From the IMG/VR virus record IMGVR_UViG_3300045988_182772: 64,000 bases of DNA; one strand, given 5' to 3'. This stretch comes from a virus. Both the position numbers and the translations under genes were made by a program. Below the pieces are notes generated by a model that saw only the letters and a program-made list of their open reading frames with translations, had not been told where the DNA came from and did not search any database. Below are positions 48,130 through 57,549 of the stretch, piece after piece; positions within the stretch are counted from its first letter, which is position 1, and each line of letters opens with the position of its first letter.

Positions 48130-49251
48130 GTGGTTGACATCACGAATACCAGTAATTTAGCCGCTGACCGTGCGCTTGCCTATGAAGCCATTGAAAGGCA
48201 GCCTGAAACAGAAGAAATCGCAGCTTCGAATGAACAGGAGACCGAAGCGAAGCAGCCGGGAAATATCGGCGACCATGTGGCGATGTATCTCAGCCAAATT
48301 GGCAGCATCCCCATTATGCCGCAGGTGGAAGCGAATCGCTGCATTGAAAAAGTGCAGAAGGGGAATGCCGCTGCCGAACAGCTCGAAACGCTGCGGGTGA
48401 TTGCCGAGGAGAGCGGGTATGCAGTTGACCCCGAAATCAAGAAAGACCTGATGAAGGCCATAGAAGCAGGAAGACGGGCGAAAGATAAGGTTGTTGAGGG
48501 CAATCTTCGGCTTGTTGTGTCCATCGCAAAGAAATATATAAACTCAGCCGATTCTATGGTGTTCATGGACCTCATCCAGGAGGGCAACATTGGCCTCATG
48601 CGTTCCATCGACTCTTTTGACATTTCGAGGAATGTGAAGTTTTCCACCTACGCAACCTTCTGGATAAGGCAAAACATCACAAGAGCGCTTGCCACGACGG
48701 ACCCAGCCATTCGCAAGCCCATCTATGTTGCGGAGGGCAGGCGGAGCGTCAATAATGCAAAAGAACAAATGCAACAAAAAGGCTTACCTTGTGATGACCC
48801 TTTAGAAATCGCAAAATACATGGAGGGGGATGCGTGGGATTCCCTTTCAAAAAGGGAGCAGCAGAAAAAACTGCGCATCATCCAACACTCGCTCCAGTAC
48901 CGGAAGCCGGACTCGTTGGATGCGCCCGTCAATTCGGACGCCGCAAGCGATTCCAACACACCGCTTTCGGAATTCATCCCAAGCCATAACGAGTGGGATA
49001 ACCCGGAAATTTCAACGTCAGGGAAGGCACTATGGGAAACGATGGACAAAATCCTGCACGATATGCCCGCACGAGACGCCTGTGTGCTTCGCTTACGATT
49101 CGGATTGGAGGATGGTTGTGCTTATACCCTCAAAGAAATCGGGGACGAAATGGACTTAACGCGAGAGCGTGTCCGTCAGGTTACAGATAAAACACTCGAT
49201 AAGCTACGCAACGGAAAGGCAGGGAAGATGCTTCAGGACTTTCTTGAATAA
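48130..49251 (+). CDS. sigma-70-family RNA polymerase sigma factor (regions 1.2, 2, 3, 4). Start uncertain: GTG 48130, GTG 48277 or ATG 48283.
   Basis: MYLSQIGSIPIM (region 1.2). LRLVVSIAKKY...FSTYATFWIRQNITRAL (region 2). AYTLKEIGDEMDLTRERVRQV (region 4). The track start 48079 would include the promoter, so it was trimmed. Confidence 0.7.
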   Translation: MVDITNTSNLAADRALAYEAIERQPETEEIAASNEQETEAKQPGNIGDHVAMYLSQIGSIPIMPQVEANRCIEKVQKGNAAAEQLETLRVIAEESGYAVDPEIKKDLMKAIEAGRRAKDKVVEGNLRLVVSIAKKYINSADSMVFMDLIQEGNIGLMRSIDSFDISRNVKFSTYATFWIRQNITRALATTDPAIRKPIYVAEGRRSVNNAKEQMQQKGLPCDDPLEIAKYMEGDAWDSLSKREQQKKLRIIQHSLQYRKPDSLDAPVNSDAASDSNTPLSEFIPSHNEWDNPEISTSGKALWETMDKILHDMPARDACVLRLRFGLEDGCAYTLKEIGDEMDLTRERVRQVTDKTLDKLRNGKAGKMLQDFLE

Positions 49252-49252
49252 G

Positions 49253-49282
49253 AAACGCCGCCCAGATGGGCGGCGTTTTTTT
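49253..49282 (+). terminator. rho-independent terminator
   Basis: aaacgccgcccagatgggcggcg followed by ttttttt. Confidence 0.7.
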
Positions 49283-49359
49283 GCTATTCTCCGTTTCTTA
49301 AATCCAATCGAGCAGTTCCGCCAGCGTGAAGCGGACATTGCGCGTGACGATATGTATTC

Positions 49360-49500
49360 TTCGGTTCTCAGGTTCCCAACATTAAAATAGGCGTGTTTCC
49401 ATATTTGCCGGTATGCTCAGAGCATACAAAGGAAGTATCTCAAACACAAAGAAAGTTCAGTCAGCGGTTTTATCATGCCGCTGGCTTTTTATATATCAAA
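49360..49500 (+). repeat. conserved leader element copy 3
   Basis: ggttctcaggttcc...ccggtatgctcagagcatacaaaggaagtatctcaaacacaaagaaagttcagtcagcgg-ttttatcatg-ccgctggctttttatatatc. Confidence 0.6.
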
Positions 49501-49519
49501 AAAACACGAAAAAGGAGAA

Positions 49520-49891
49520 ATGAACATGAAAGCAATGATGTTTAAGAGGGGTTTCGGTGACGAAACAAAGTGGAAAGAGGTCTGCGCGGAGCTTGGGCTG
49601 CCGGAAGATACGGAGCAGGTTGAGTTGTCCGTATCCGCAACAAAGGTCCGTACCAGCCAAAACCGCAGTTGGGAAGCGACCGACGAGGAGATGTCCCGAA
49701 TTTGGGAACGCCTCGGCTCGTATTTCTTGCGCTGCGAGAGCATCTCCAGAACGAACATTCGCGTTTTCTGTGGCGGCGGAGATTCCTTTTCCGTTGTTCG
49801 CGGCACAACGCAGCCTGGATTCGTCGAGGTGGATGGACGGCTGATGGACTATGAAGACTTTGAAGCATGGCTGTACCAGATGGCAGCTTGA
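49520..49891 (+). CDS. hypothetical protein (123 aa)
   Basis: aaaaaggagaaatg directly after leader copy 3. Confidence 0.4.
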   Translation: MNMKAMMFKRGFGDETKWKEVCAELGLPEDTEQVELSVSATKVRTSQNRSWEATDEEMSRIWERLGSYFLRCESISRTNIRVFCGGGDSFSVVRGTTQPGFVEVDGRLMDYEDFEAWLYQMAA

Positions 49892-49904
49892 GAAAGGAGA
49901 AAAC

Positions 49905-50318
49905 ATGAACGCACAGGAAAAAATCGACCAGCTTATGCAAGCCGAGATGGAGCATATCCGTTCCGTCGGCGGCATTTTGAATCTGCCGGAGGCCGACAGT
50001 GTTCTGAACGACCTGAACCGAGAAAAGCTGAAGGCTCTGAAGGAACTGCACGGACATCTCTACCTCGGACGCATCAACATCCACGATACAGCCAAGCGGA
50101 TTCGTATTGTGGAAGGAACCGAAGATGTGTACGAGGAAATGCTGGACCAGCCCCTATACAACTTCTGCTGTGATTTTGCCGTGCCCGTCAAGGATAAAAC
50201 CTTGTCGGATTTGATTCGTGCTTGGAACGCAAGATTCGCGATTCCCGGTATGAAGGACGCGCAGAAAATCACAGAGCGTGTGGAGCAGGTTGGCGGCATA
50301 AATTTGATGTGGACTTAA
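49905..50318 (+). CDS. hypothetical protein (137 aa)
   Basis: RBS gaaaggagaaaac then ATG. Confidence 0.4.
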   Translation: MNAQEKIDQLMQAEMEHIRSVGGILNLPEADSVLNDLNREKLKALKELHGHLYLGRINIHDTAKRIRIVEGTEDVYEEMLDQPLYNFCCDFAVPVKDKTLSDLIRAWNARFAIPGMKDAQKITERVEQVGGINLMWT

Positions 50319-50335
50319 AAAAGGAGAAATGAAAC

Positions 50336-51331
50336 ATGAATAATAGAATCATGCCGAAGTGGAGCGAAGTAAAGGATGTCAATGGCATCAACCTTCACCT
50401 GTTCGACGCCGTACAGGTCATCACCTCCGGCAACAAGCGCAATAACCAGACGGGCAGAATCATTGCCCTTCTGAAGACCAAGCCTTACCTCCAGATGGTA
50501 GAGGTGCTGTTTAAGGACGGGAAGCGTTCAAATTTCCTCACGTCATCTCTTCGTCTCGTTGAAAGCTCAGAGGACGAGAAGGGAAAGGCACTGGCAAAAA
50601 TCGACTCCCTGAAGCTCATGGGAGCAGAAATCACCGACTCCGATTTCTGCGTTGACCGTTATAATAACGATGCTTTCCTATTTGACGATGAAACGCAGAC
50701 GTGGAACGTCATGCTGGAAGGCATTTCCGATGTGGACCGACTATTCGGAACCTTTTTTGAAACGGAGCAGAACGATTCCTACTGTAACATCTATGCGGAT
50801 GTAGACGAATACTGCACCAAGCTCGCAAAGCCATACCTCACGGTATCTCTGTGGCTCGGTGATGTCTGTGTAGAGGCAGTGCGCCCCTTATCAAAGGACG
50901 AGCAGGAAGCAGTGCTTCGCATCATCCGTCCTACCTACGAGAAGATGGACTACAAGAAGCTCCTGAAGGAGTGGGATGCGGAAGAGCAGAAATATGTGAA
51001 CAGCATCATGCTGGAAGACGGCGATGGCTGCTACGGGTACAAATTCGCTGCCGATACCATTGAGGCCGCTAAGGCTGGCTTCCATGAGGTCATCTGGATG
51101 GCGATTGAGCTGAAGCAGTACCGTTCCGGTCAGGATTTCAGCGTCAACTCCTTTATCGAGGACGGTAACGGCAAGTATGTCGAGTCCGACAGGGAAGGCC
51201 ACATCGTCATCAATCGCGTCGTCACAACGCAGGAACCCAGCAAGTATATCAACTGGGAGATGGCTGGCACGCTGCCATTCATCTATACGGTGGACCGCGA
51301 GAAGAGCGAGTGGAAGCTCCACGCGACTTAA
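50336..51331 (+). CDS. hypothetical protein (331 aa)
   Basis: RBS aaaaggagaaatg. Confidence 0.4.
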   Translation: MNNRIMPKWSEVKDVNGINLHLFDAVQVITSGNKRNNQTGRIIALLKTKPYLQMVEVLFKDGKRSNFLTSSLRLVESSEDEKGKALAKIDSLKLMGAEITDSDFCVDRYNNDAFLFDDETQTWNVMLEGISDVDRLFGTFFETEQNDSYCNIYADVDEYCTKLAKPYLTVSLWLGDVCVEAVRPLSKDEQEAVLRIIRPTYEKMDYKKLLKEWDAEEQKYVNSIMLEDGDGCYGYKFAADTIEAAKAGFHEVIWMAIELKQYRSGQDFSVNSFIEDGNGKYVESDREGHIVINRVVTTQEPSKYINWEMAGTLPFIYTVDREKSEWKLHAT

Positions 51332-51340
51332 CAACTGAAG

Positions 51341-51375
51341 CGCCGGTGGATGAAAATATCCGCCGGCGCTTTTTC
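51341..51375 (+). terminator. rho-independent terminator
   Basis: gcgccggtgg...ccgccggcgc followed by ttttt. Confidence 0.65.
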
Positions 51376-51399
51376 CATGTTTTGCCACAATCGAGTTCT

Positions 51400-51535
51400 C
51401 ATATTCTTGGGTTCTCCATCAGGAAATAGGTGATTTTTTCTCTTCTGCCGGTATGCTGAAATCATACAAAAGAAGTATCTCAAACACAAAGAAAATTCAG
51501 TCAGCGTCCGTTGCGGATGCTGGCTTTTATATATA
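51400..51535 (+). repeat. conserved leader element copy 4
   Basis: ccggtatgctgaaatcatacaaaagaagtatctcaaacacaaagaaaattcagtcagcgtcc-gttgc-ggatgctggcttttatatat. Confidence 0.6.
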
Positions 51536-51569
51536 AAAATTTCATAAACAAAAAGGAGAAACGAAAAAA

Positions 51570-52268
51570 ATGAAGAACAAGGCATATCTCTTACCAGCGT
51601 GCAAGACTGCTGACGGCGTTCCCATCGGCATTGGCTCCGAGGTGTACGCAATCACCTTTAAGCAGAAAGTCAACAAATACGGTCGGCTGTATCGTCCGTC
51701 CACGAGAGAGTTGGCGGTCGTAAAAGTAACGGTGTCTACTGTGACCTTCTCCGAATTTGTGGAACCCGGTTGGTTTGGCTGGACGGGCGTTGCCTATTCG
51801 GGAATGACCGAAGTCGAATGCTCTGATGGTAAAACGAAGACGTTTTCCTACTTGCCCGGTATCGAGGTCAGCCAGTACACCATCTTCGCATCCGAGGACG
51901 CCGCAAAGGCCGCCTTGGAGAAGGCGGAGGCGGGCGGCGGTCTCTATACGAGAGCCGGATTCCCGTTGATGCCTTCTTGGCAGATTGGCGAGGTACGGGC
52001 AGCTCTGGAGAAAGCTGAGCAGAGCACTGAGGAAGAGCCTTCCATCGTTCGCAACATCCCTTATGTCTCCGTTTGGGACGGCGGAAATTGCATTGCGGCG
52101 ACAAAGGCAGACGTCTGTCTGGACACAAAGCAGGTATTCAACATTCAGACCATTGACGTTGGAGATTCTGTCAATGTTCTGAACCATGAGTACATCGTGC
52201 TGCACGGAACAGAGTATACCGTTTTCCCGAAGGGCGAAGCGAAAGACGGCGCATACTGGCGTGACTGA
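51570..52268 (+). CDS. hypothetical protein (232 aa)
   Basis: aaaaaggagaaacg...atg after leader copy 4. Confidence 0.4.
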   Translation: MKNKAYLLPACKTADGVPIGIGSEVYAITFKQKVNKYGRLYRPSTRELAVVKVTVSTVTFSEFVEPGWFGWTGVAYSGMTEVECSDGKTKTFSYLPGIEVSQYTIFASEDAAKAALEKAEAGGGLYTRAGFPLMPSWQIGEVRAALEKAEQSTEEEPSIVRNIPYVSVWDGGNCIAATKADVCLDTKQVFNIQTIDVGDSVNVLNHEYIVLHGTEYTVFPKGEAKDGAYWRD

Positions 52269-52283
52269 CAAAAAAGAAGGAGA

Positions 52284-52958
52284 ATGAGAATTATGACTAA
52301 TATTAGTGAGAAAACCACCGGTTCCTGCAAAGACCGCGAGTATATCGTGACAGAGGTCTGCCCGCATTGCGAAGCAGAGGTCGAGATGCGCTGGAATGTG
52401 GCCGCAGACGGCTACAAGGCGTTCTGCCCTCATTGCGGCAATCGGCTGATGCTCTGCGACGCCTGCCAGCATCCGGAGGGCAAGTGCGTGGAGAACTGCG
52501 ATTACAACTCCGAGACCGATACCTGCCGTCATAATCAGCCTGCACAGGAGCTGAAGGTCGGCGATGTTTGTGCCTATGGCTTTGGGACGGAGAACGCTTC
52601 CCGTGCCACGGTCAAAATCGTCAAAATGCTTCCGGATTCCAACGGTGCCGCTGTGATGTTCTTGAGCGTTGAGAAGGACGATACCGGAAACGGTATGTTC
52701 AACTACCTGCTCAAAACCGGAAATACCATGAACGCCAGCTTGAAATACCTGACGAAGATTGAGTGCAGTTCCGACCAGGAACGGGATAACTACGCCGAAC
52801 TGGAGAAGCTGTGTACGGAATGCGACGCGGAGTTCTGCGTCTTCAATCCGCATGGCATCTGCAAGCTGCCCTTCGTCACCGGAAAGGCTCCGAGACTGGG
52901 CGATGACGGCTGCCAGGACTACGCTATGAAGGATTTCATGATGAAGGAGGATTGCTGA
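52284..52958 (+). CDS. Cys-rich hypothetical protein (multiple CxxC pairs)
   Basis: CPHCEAE...CPHCGN...CDACQH...CTECDAEFC. Confidence 0.4.
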   Translation: MRIMTNISEKTTGSCKDREYIVTEVCPHCEAEVEMRWNVAADGYKAFCPHCGNRLMLCDACQHPEGKCVENCDYNSETDTCRHNQPAQELKVGDVCAYGFGTENASRATVKIVKMLPDSNGAAVMFLSVEKDDTGNGMFNYLLKTGNTMNASLKYLTKIECSSDQERDNYAELEKLCTECDAEFCVFNPHGICKLPFVTGKAPRLGDDGCQDYAMKDFMMKEDC

Positions 52959-52959
52959 T

Positions 52960-53364
52960 ATGCAGAAGACTTGTCTCAACTGCACTCATGTGGGCGTGTG
53001 CTCCAAGCGGATGCAGTTCATCGTGAACAACTATCTCGTCAAAAGACACTACGACGAGATTGAGAATGTCAGCAAAACGCTCGATATCTCCGTGAACTGC
53101 GACAGCTATGCAGAAAAGGATTTCTTTTCGTTCATCTGTGCGCGGGTTCGCGACTATTCCGATGGCGAAGTCTGGAGCGATGGGGACCAGATTCTGTGCA
53201 AGACAGAATCTGCCGCGAACGCGCTGTGCGACCTCCTGTGGCAGCTTTACAACGAACGGGGGGAGGCCTTCGACCTCCACACCGGCTACTACGACCCCAA
53301 GGAGGACGAAAGAAATCACGAAGAAGACAGATACACCGGCTGGTGGTATGTGTCTGCCGACTGA
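52960..53364 (+). CDS. hypothetical protein (134 aa)
   Basis: Coupled start (TGATATG). Confidence 0.4.
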   Translation: MQKTCLNCTHVGVCSKRMQFIVNNYLVKRHYDEIENVSKTLDISVNCDSYAEKDFFSFICARVRDYSDGEVWSDGDQILCKTESAANALCDLLWQLYNERGEAFDLHTGYYDPKEDERNHEEDRYTGWWYVSAD

Positions 53365-53375
53365 AAGGAGAAATA

Positions 53376-53579
53376 ATGAAAATCCGCAATATCCTTTGGG
53401 ATACCGATGGCGGCAGGGAGGCTCTTGCCTCCCTGCCGAAGGAAGTCGAGCTGCCGAGTAGATTCGACCAGTCCCATTTTGCAAGTAGGGAAGAATGGCT
53501 CGACACGATTTCCAACTGGCTGTCCGACGAGTTTGGATTCTGTCATTTGGGGTTCGATGTCGGTGATGACGACATCTGA
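53376..53579 (+). CDS. small acidic hypothetical protein (67 aa)
   Basis: RBS aaaggagaaataatg. Confidence 0.3.
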   Translation: MKIRNILWDTDGGREALASLPKEVELPSRFDQSHFASREEWLDTISNWLSDEFGFCHLGFDVGDDDI

Positions 53580-53617
53580 GAATCTACGATTTTTTAACAA
53601 TAAGGAGAAATGAAAAA

Positions 53618-54535
53618 ATGGGAAAAGGTAATGTTTGTGTGAGCGGTCCGTATGAGGGCCTGTTCTATATCGACAACGACTATACCACAGTGCTTCGCCG
53701 CGAGGATGACTGTGAGGATACCATCCTCCAGAAAGACCTCAGCGCCAAGGATTTGTCCGGCAGCGACTGGTTCTTCGATGACGAAGGCAGTGCGAACGAG
53801 CTGGAGGATGTGCTGGAGTGCTTTGTGGAGAACTTCACGCACAGGTATCCCAGCTTTGCGCGTGTCAAGCAGGACAAGTGGCTTGGCCGTAATGTGCGCG
53901 TCATCCTCGAAAGCAGCCTGTTTTACATCGGCATTGAGGACAGCGACTGGGCCTATGCCGTGGAACTGCTTCAGAAGGATAACCCCTGTTCGGAGGGTTT
54001 CCAGAGGAAGCACTACAAGGCGTACCTTGACGGCATGAAAGCAGCCCTGCTGGAGCGCCTGCCAAGCATCGGCACCTACACGGGGCCGTGGACGCATGGC
54101 ACCATCCGCAGGGAGCCTGTCAAGGACAACGACCTCCTCGCCGAGGCCGGCGACCGCATCGACAACGCAGTGTTCGACTTCATCTGCGCGGTTGTCACAG
54201 GCCACAGCGTAAACGGGGAAGCGCCGAAAGAGGCTCTTCTCGCAGCTGTGAATGAGCTTTCCGTGGAACACGTCAACGCGCTTCCGGAGGGCCTCCTGTC
54301 TGACGCTACGGACGAGGCGAAGGAAGCCGCCGGCGAACACTCCTTACAGGAGGATGCCGACGACGGGCTTCCGCTTCGCTGGGATATGGCCGCCATTGGT
54401 CCTGTGGCCGACTATCTGGAAACCGCGCTTTCCGCACGGTTCCGCATCAATACCTGCCACCCCTGGCAGGATGATACCGAGTGCATCTGCTACGCGACAG
54501 ACGAGCGCTGCCCGTACTGCACCCACAAAATTTGA
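53618..54535 (+). CDS. hypothetical acidic protein (305 aa)
   Basis: RBS ataaggagaaatg. Confidence 0.4.
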   Translation: MGKGNVCVSGPYEGLFYIDNDYTTVLRREDDCEDTILQKDLSAKDLSGSDWFFDDEGSANELEDVLECFVENFTHRYPSFARVKQDKWLGRNVRVILESSLFYIGIEDSDWAYAVELLQKDNPCSEGFQRKHYKAYLDGMKAALLERLPSIGTYTGPWTHGTIRREPVKDNDLLAEAGDRIDNAVFDFICAVVTGHSVNGEAPKEALLAAVNELSVEHVNALPEGLLSDATDEAKEAAGEHSLQEDADDGLPLRWDMAAIGPVADYLETALSARFRINTCHPWQDDTECICYATDERCPYCTHKI

Positions 54536-54538
54536 TAA

Positions 54539-54570
54539 AAAAGCGCCGCCCGTAATGGACGGCGCTTTTT
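54539..54570 (+). terminator. rho-independent terminator
   Basis: agcgccgcccgtaatggacggcgct followed by ttttc. Confidence 0.7.
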
Positions 54571-54579
54571 CTTTGCAGT

Positions 54580-54725
54580 TCTCCGGTTCTTCAGTTCTCA
54601 GGTTCCTGGAAGGTGAATGCGGCAATTTCCACTTCCGCCGGTATGCTGAGACCATACCAAAGAAGTATCACAAACAAAAAAGAAAGTTCAGTCAGCGCCC
54701 GCGTGGGTGCTGGCTTTTATATATC
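54580..54725 (+). repeat. conserved leader element copy 5
   Basis: ccggttcttcagttctcaggttcc...ccggtatgctgagaccataccaaagaagtatcacaaacaaaaaagaaagttcagtcagcgccc-gcgt-gggtgctggcttttatatatc. Confidence 0.6.
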
Positions 54726-54750
54726 ACATAACCATCACAAAAAAGGAGAA

Positions 54751-55503
54751 ATGAAAATGGAGATTTATGTAAATTACCTCGCCATTGAGGTCACTCGTCG
54801 CTGCAACATGAAATGCAACCACTGCCTGCGCGGAGATGCGCAAAATCTTGACATCTCAACCGCAGTTCTGTCGGGCATCGCTAAGCATATCCACCCTGCT
54901 TCCGTCATTTTCACGGGCGGCGAGCCGTCTTTGAATGTTCCGGCCATCAAGCGGTACTTTGAGCTTGCGGAGCGTTATGACACGATGCCGGCTGCTTTCT
55001 ATGTCGCCACCAACGGAGCGACGTCGAAGGAGCAGATGCGCGACCTCGCGCTGACGCTGCTGGAGGCATATTCTAAGATGGAAGAGCCAGATATGTGCGA
55101 GGTCGATGTCTCTGTGGATATGTTCCACGAGGCGTTCCGCGACAACGACAACGCGAAAATTCTGAGAGGCTTGTCCTTCCTCGGCCGGGGTAAAAAGCAT
55201 TCGGTCGAGGATGACGATTTGAGTTGGCTGCTCAATACCGGCCGTGCCAACAAGAACGGCATCGGCGTAAGAGCACCGGAGGTGCTCAGGACCGACATGG
55301 ACGAGCTGGTAACGGATTACTCCACAGAGTACAACAGCATTGCCTTCGATACGCTCTACATTGCCGCAAACGGTAATGTGGTAGACGGCTGTGACAGCAG
55401 TTACGAGGATATCGACGACGAGGAGAACGTGATTTGCAAGGTCAACCAGCTTCAGAAGAAAGTGAAAGACTATGTGAAGAACGCCGATTCTCAAATCTCA
55501 TAA
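54751..55503 (+). CDS. radical SAM domain protein (250 aa)
   Basis: CNMKCNHC (Cx3Cx2C) at residues ~17-24. Gly-rich SAM motif FTGGEPSL. Confidence 0.6.
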   Translation: MKMEIYVNYLAIEVTRRCNMKCNHCLRGDAQNLDISTAVLSGIAKHIHPASVIFTGGEPSLNVPAIKRYFELAERYDTMPAAFYVATNGATSKEQMRDLALTLLEAYSKMEEPDMCEVDVSVDMFHEAFRDNDNAKILRGLSFLGRGKKHSVEDDDLSWLLNTGRANKNGIGVRAPEVLRTDMDELVTDYSTEYNSIAFDTLYIAANGNVVDGCDSSYEDIDDEENVICKVNQLQKKVKDYVKNADSQIS

Positions 55504-55515
55504 GGAGGGCTGAAG

Positions 55516-56946
55516 ATGTTTGGTTTAGACAATCTGTTTGCTCAGACATCCGCACAGAAATTCTACATTAGCAGAGACCGAATCGCGGAAATCCTGCGTG
55601 TCAGTCCTGATGCACTGGACGCCTTCGAGAAGGCTTATTCCAAAGCTGCGTTGCAGACTGAGCCAGAAAGCATTTTCGAGGTTAATTCCAGGCAGGCAGC
55701 GGCGAAAAACGAGCGGCTCGGCGACGACAGCCCGGAAGAGCTGAAAGCTCTTACGGAACGCATCGTGAAGGAGCTTATCTGGCAGACGCTGACCTACACT
55801 TATGATGGGCAAACAGGCAAAATTGAAAAATCGCTTTCCAACGCACCGGAGAAAAATGCTCCTGTCACCAATCAGGACCTGCTGCGAATTCCCGCTTCGC
55901 TGCGACCGCAGCTGAGTGGGGAACTGATGAAGCGAGACCTTGACATCACCGCCTCAGCTGTGTTCCTGTTCTACTACGACAAGATGCAGAACGGGAAGAC
56001 GCCGAAGGACCGTCGGGATGCGTATAACCGCTTTCGGCAGGGACTGGACATCCTTGACCTTGATGCGCTGGCCTACCGCATCATCGGGCAGAATCGCAAC
56101 TCCATCGGACATTGGTTCCCGGAGCTTGTGCGCGCCTACCGGGATTCTGGATTCTTCCGGATTCCGGCAACGACGATAGCCAAGGTTCCCCTGACGCTCT
56201 TACAGCTGACTCGTCTGGACTATCACAGCCTAACGCCTTCGACCATCCAAATCGTCGATAACTGGGCGCACGCTGTATTTCGCCTGAATGACGAGCGGGA
56301 TTACTTCGTGAAAACCGGCACCTATTCATCGAAGTTCGACTTCCGGAATTGCCTGGTACACGGAGAAAAAGAGGTTCGAGAGCTTGGCGAGTATTTGCTC
56401 TACATCCACCATCAGGCGTTACAGATGGCCGGTCCCCTTAGCTTTCCCTGCATTTATGGGGTCTCAACGACAAATGAGTGGGTCGTGCGGGAATTCATTC
56501 CAGATAAAGAGGGAAATCCCTGTATCTATCATGGTTTGCCGCTTCATACGGAATATCGCGTATTTGTTGACTGTGACAGCGATGCTGTCATCGGTGTCTC
56601 TCCCTATTGGGAGCCGAAGACTATGCTCAATCGCTTTGGTTCATGCTCGGACGCAAACAGTCCGCATCAGATGCACGATTATGTGATTTTCAAAAGTCAC
56701 GAAGCGACCTTGATGCGGCGCTACCATGAGAATGTCGATTCCGTGGTGGAACACATTCGGGAATTTCTGCCGGCGCTTGACCTGCAAGGCCAGTGGAGCA
56801 TCGACGTGATGCAGAATGGTGACGATTTCTGGATTATCGACATGGCTGTGGCGGAAAATTCAGCGTTCTATGATTGCGTGCCGGAGAGCCTCCGCAGGCC
56901 ATCTGCTGAAAACTGGATACCCGATATTCTGAAGCCCAACAACTGA
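55516..56946 (+). CDS. hypothetical protein with ATP-grasp-like C-terminal region
   Basis: ...PLHTEYRVFVDCDSDAVIGVSPYW resembles the ATP-grasp EYRVFV strand. Weak call. Confidence 0.35.
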   Translation: MFGLDNLFAQTSAQKFYISRDRIAEILRVSPDALDAFEKAYSKAALQTEPESIFEVNSRQAAAKNERLGDDSPEELKALTERIVKELIWQTLTYTYDGQTGKIEKSLSNAPEKNAPVTNQDLLRIPASLRPQLSGELMKRDLDITASAVFLFYYDKMQNGKTPKDRRDAYNRFRQGLDILDLDALAYRIIGQNRNSIGHWFPELVRAYRDSGFFRIPATTIAKVPLTLLQLTRLDYHSLTPSTIQIVDNWAHAVFRLNDERDYFVKTGTYSSKFDFRNCLVHGEKEVRELGEYLLYIHHQALQMAGPLSFPCIYGVSTTNEWVVREFIPDKEGNPCIYHGLPLHTEYRVFVDCDSDAVIGVSPYWEPKTMLNRFGSCSDANSPHQMHDYVIFKSHEATLMRRYHENVDSVVEHIREFLPALDLQGQWSIDVMQNGDDFWIIDMAVAENSAFYDCVPESLRRPSAENWIPDILKPNN

Positions 56947-56974
56947 TTTTCTTGACTCGAAAGGAGACAGAAGC

Positions 56975-57520
56975 ATGAAATTGCTGAAAGACTACGAATC
57001 CTCCTCTCTCACCCTTAAACGGGTTCGGGAGGTCATCGACAGGGCACTGGACGAGCTGGAGTATGACTCCAGGTTCGACGTCAATGTGGCTGCCGAGAAC
57101 GCCTATTATTACTTGGCACACACCGCCTGTTGGGACGAGGACTTGGCCGCATTCCAGGCCCAGCTGGACAACGGCTGCGGTCCTGACGACGGTGCCGGGG
57201 CGCTGACCGCTTATGAGCGCGTCGAAATCCTGGCCGCACAGGTCGAACGACTCCTGAACGACAAGGAGACCTATGCGTACAGCAAGACCATCGACGAAGA
57301 TGCCCTGCTGGACATTGTTGCCAAGACCCATCCAAGGCTGCTGGCTAAGCGGCCAGCCGATATGTCCGTTGAGGATTTCAAACACCTCTGGACTATGGTA
57401 GTTTCTGCCTACATCGTGGGCGGACGCGACTATGCCGAGGACGAGTTCATCAACTATACGGATGCCGTCGGCGCGACGCCAGAGGCCGTCGCTGCGGTTA
57501 TCCGGGCGGGCAATGAATAA
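56975..57520 (+). CDS. acidic hypothetical protein (181 aa)
   Basis: Net strongly negative. RBS aaaggagacagaagcatg. Confidence 0.4.
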   Translation: MKLLKDYESSSLTLKRVREVIDRALDELEYDSRFDVNVAAENAYYYLAHTACWDEDLAAFQAQLDNGCGPDDGAGALTAYERVEILAAQVERLLNDKETYAYSKTIDEDALLDIVAKTHPRLLAKRPADMSVEDFKHLWTMVVSAYIVGGRDYAEDEFINYTDAVGATPEAVAAVIRAGNE

Positions 57521-57549
57521 GAAAAATACGGAAAAAGGAGAAATGAAAA

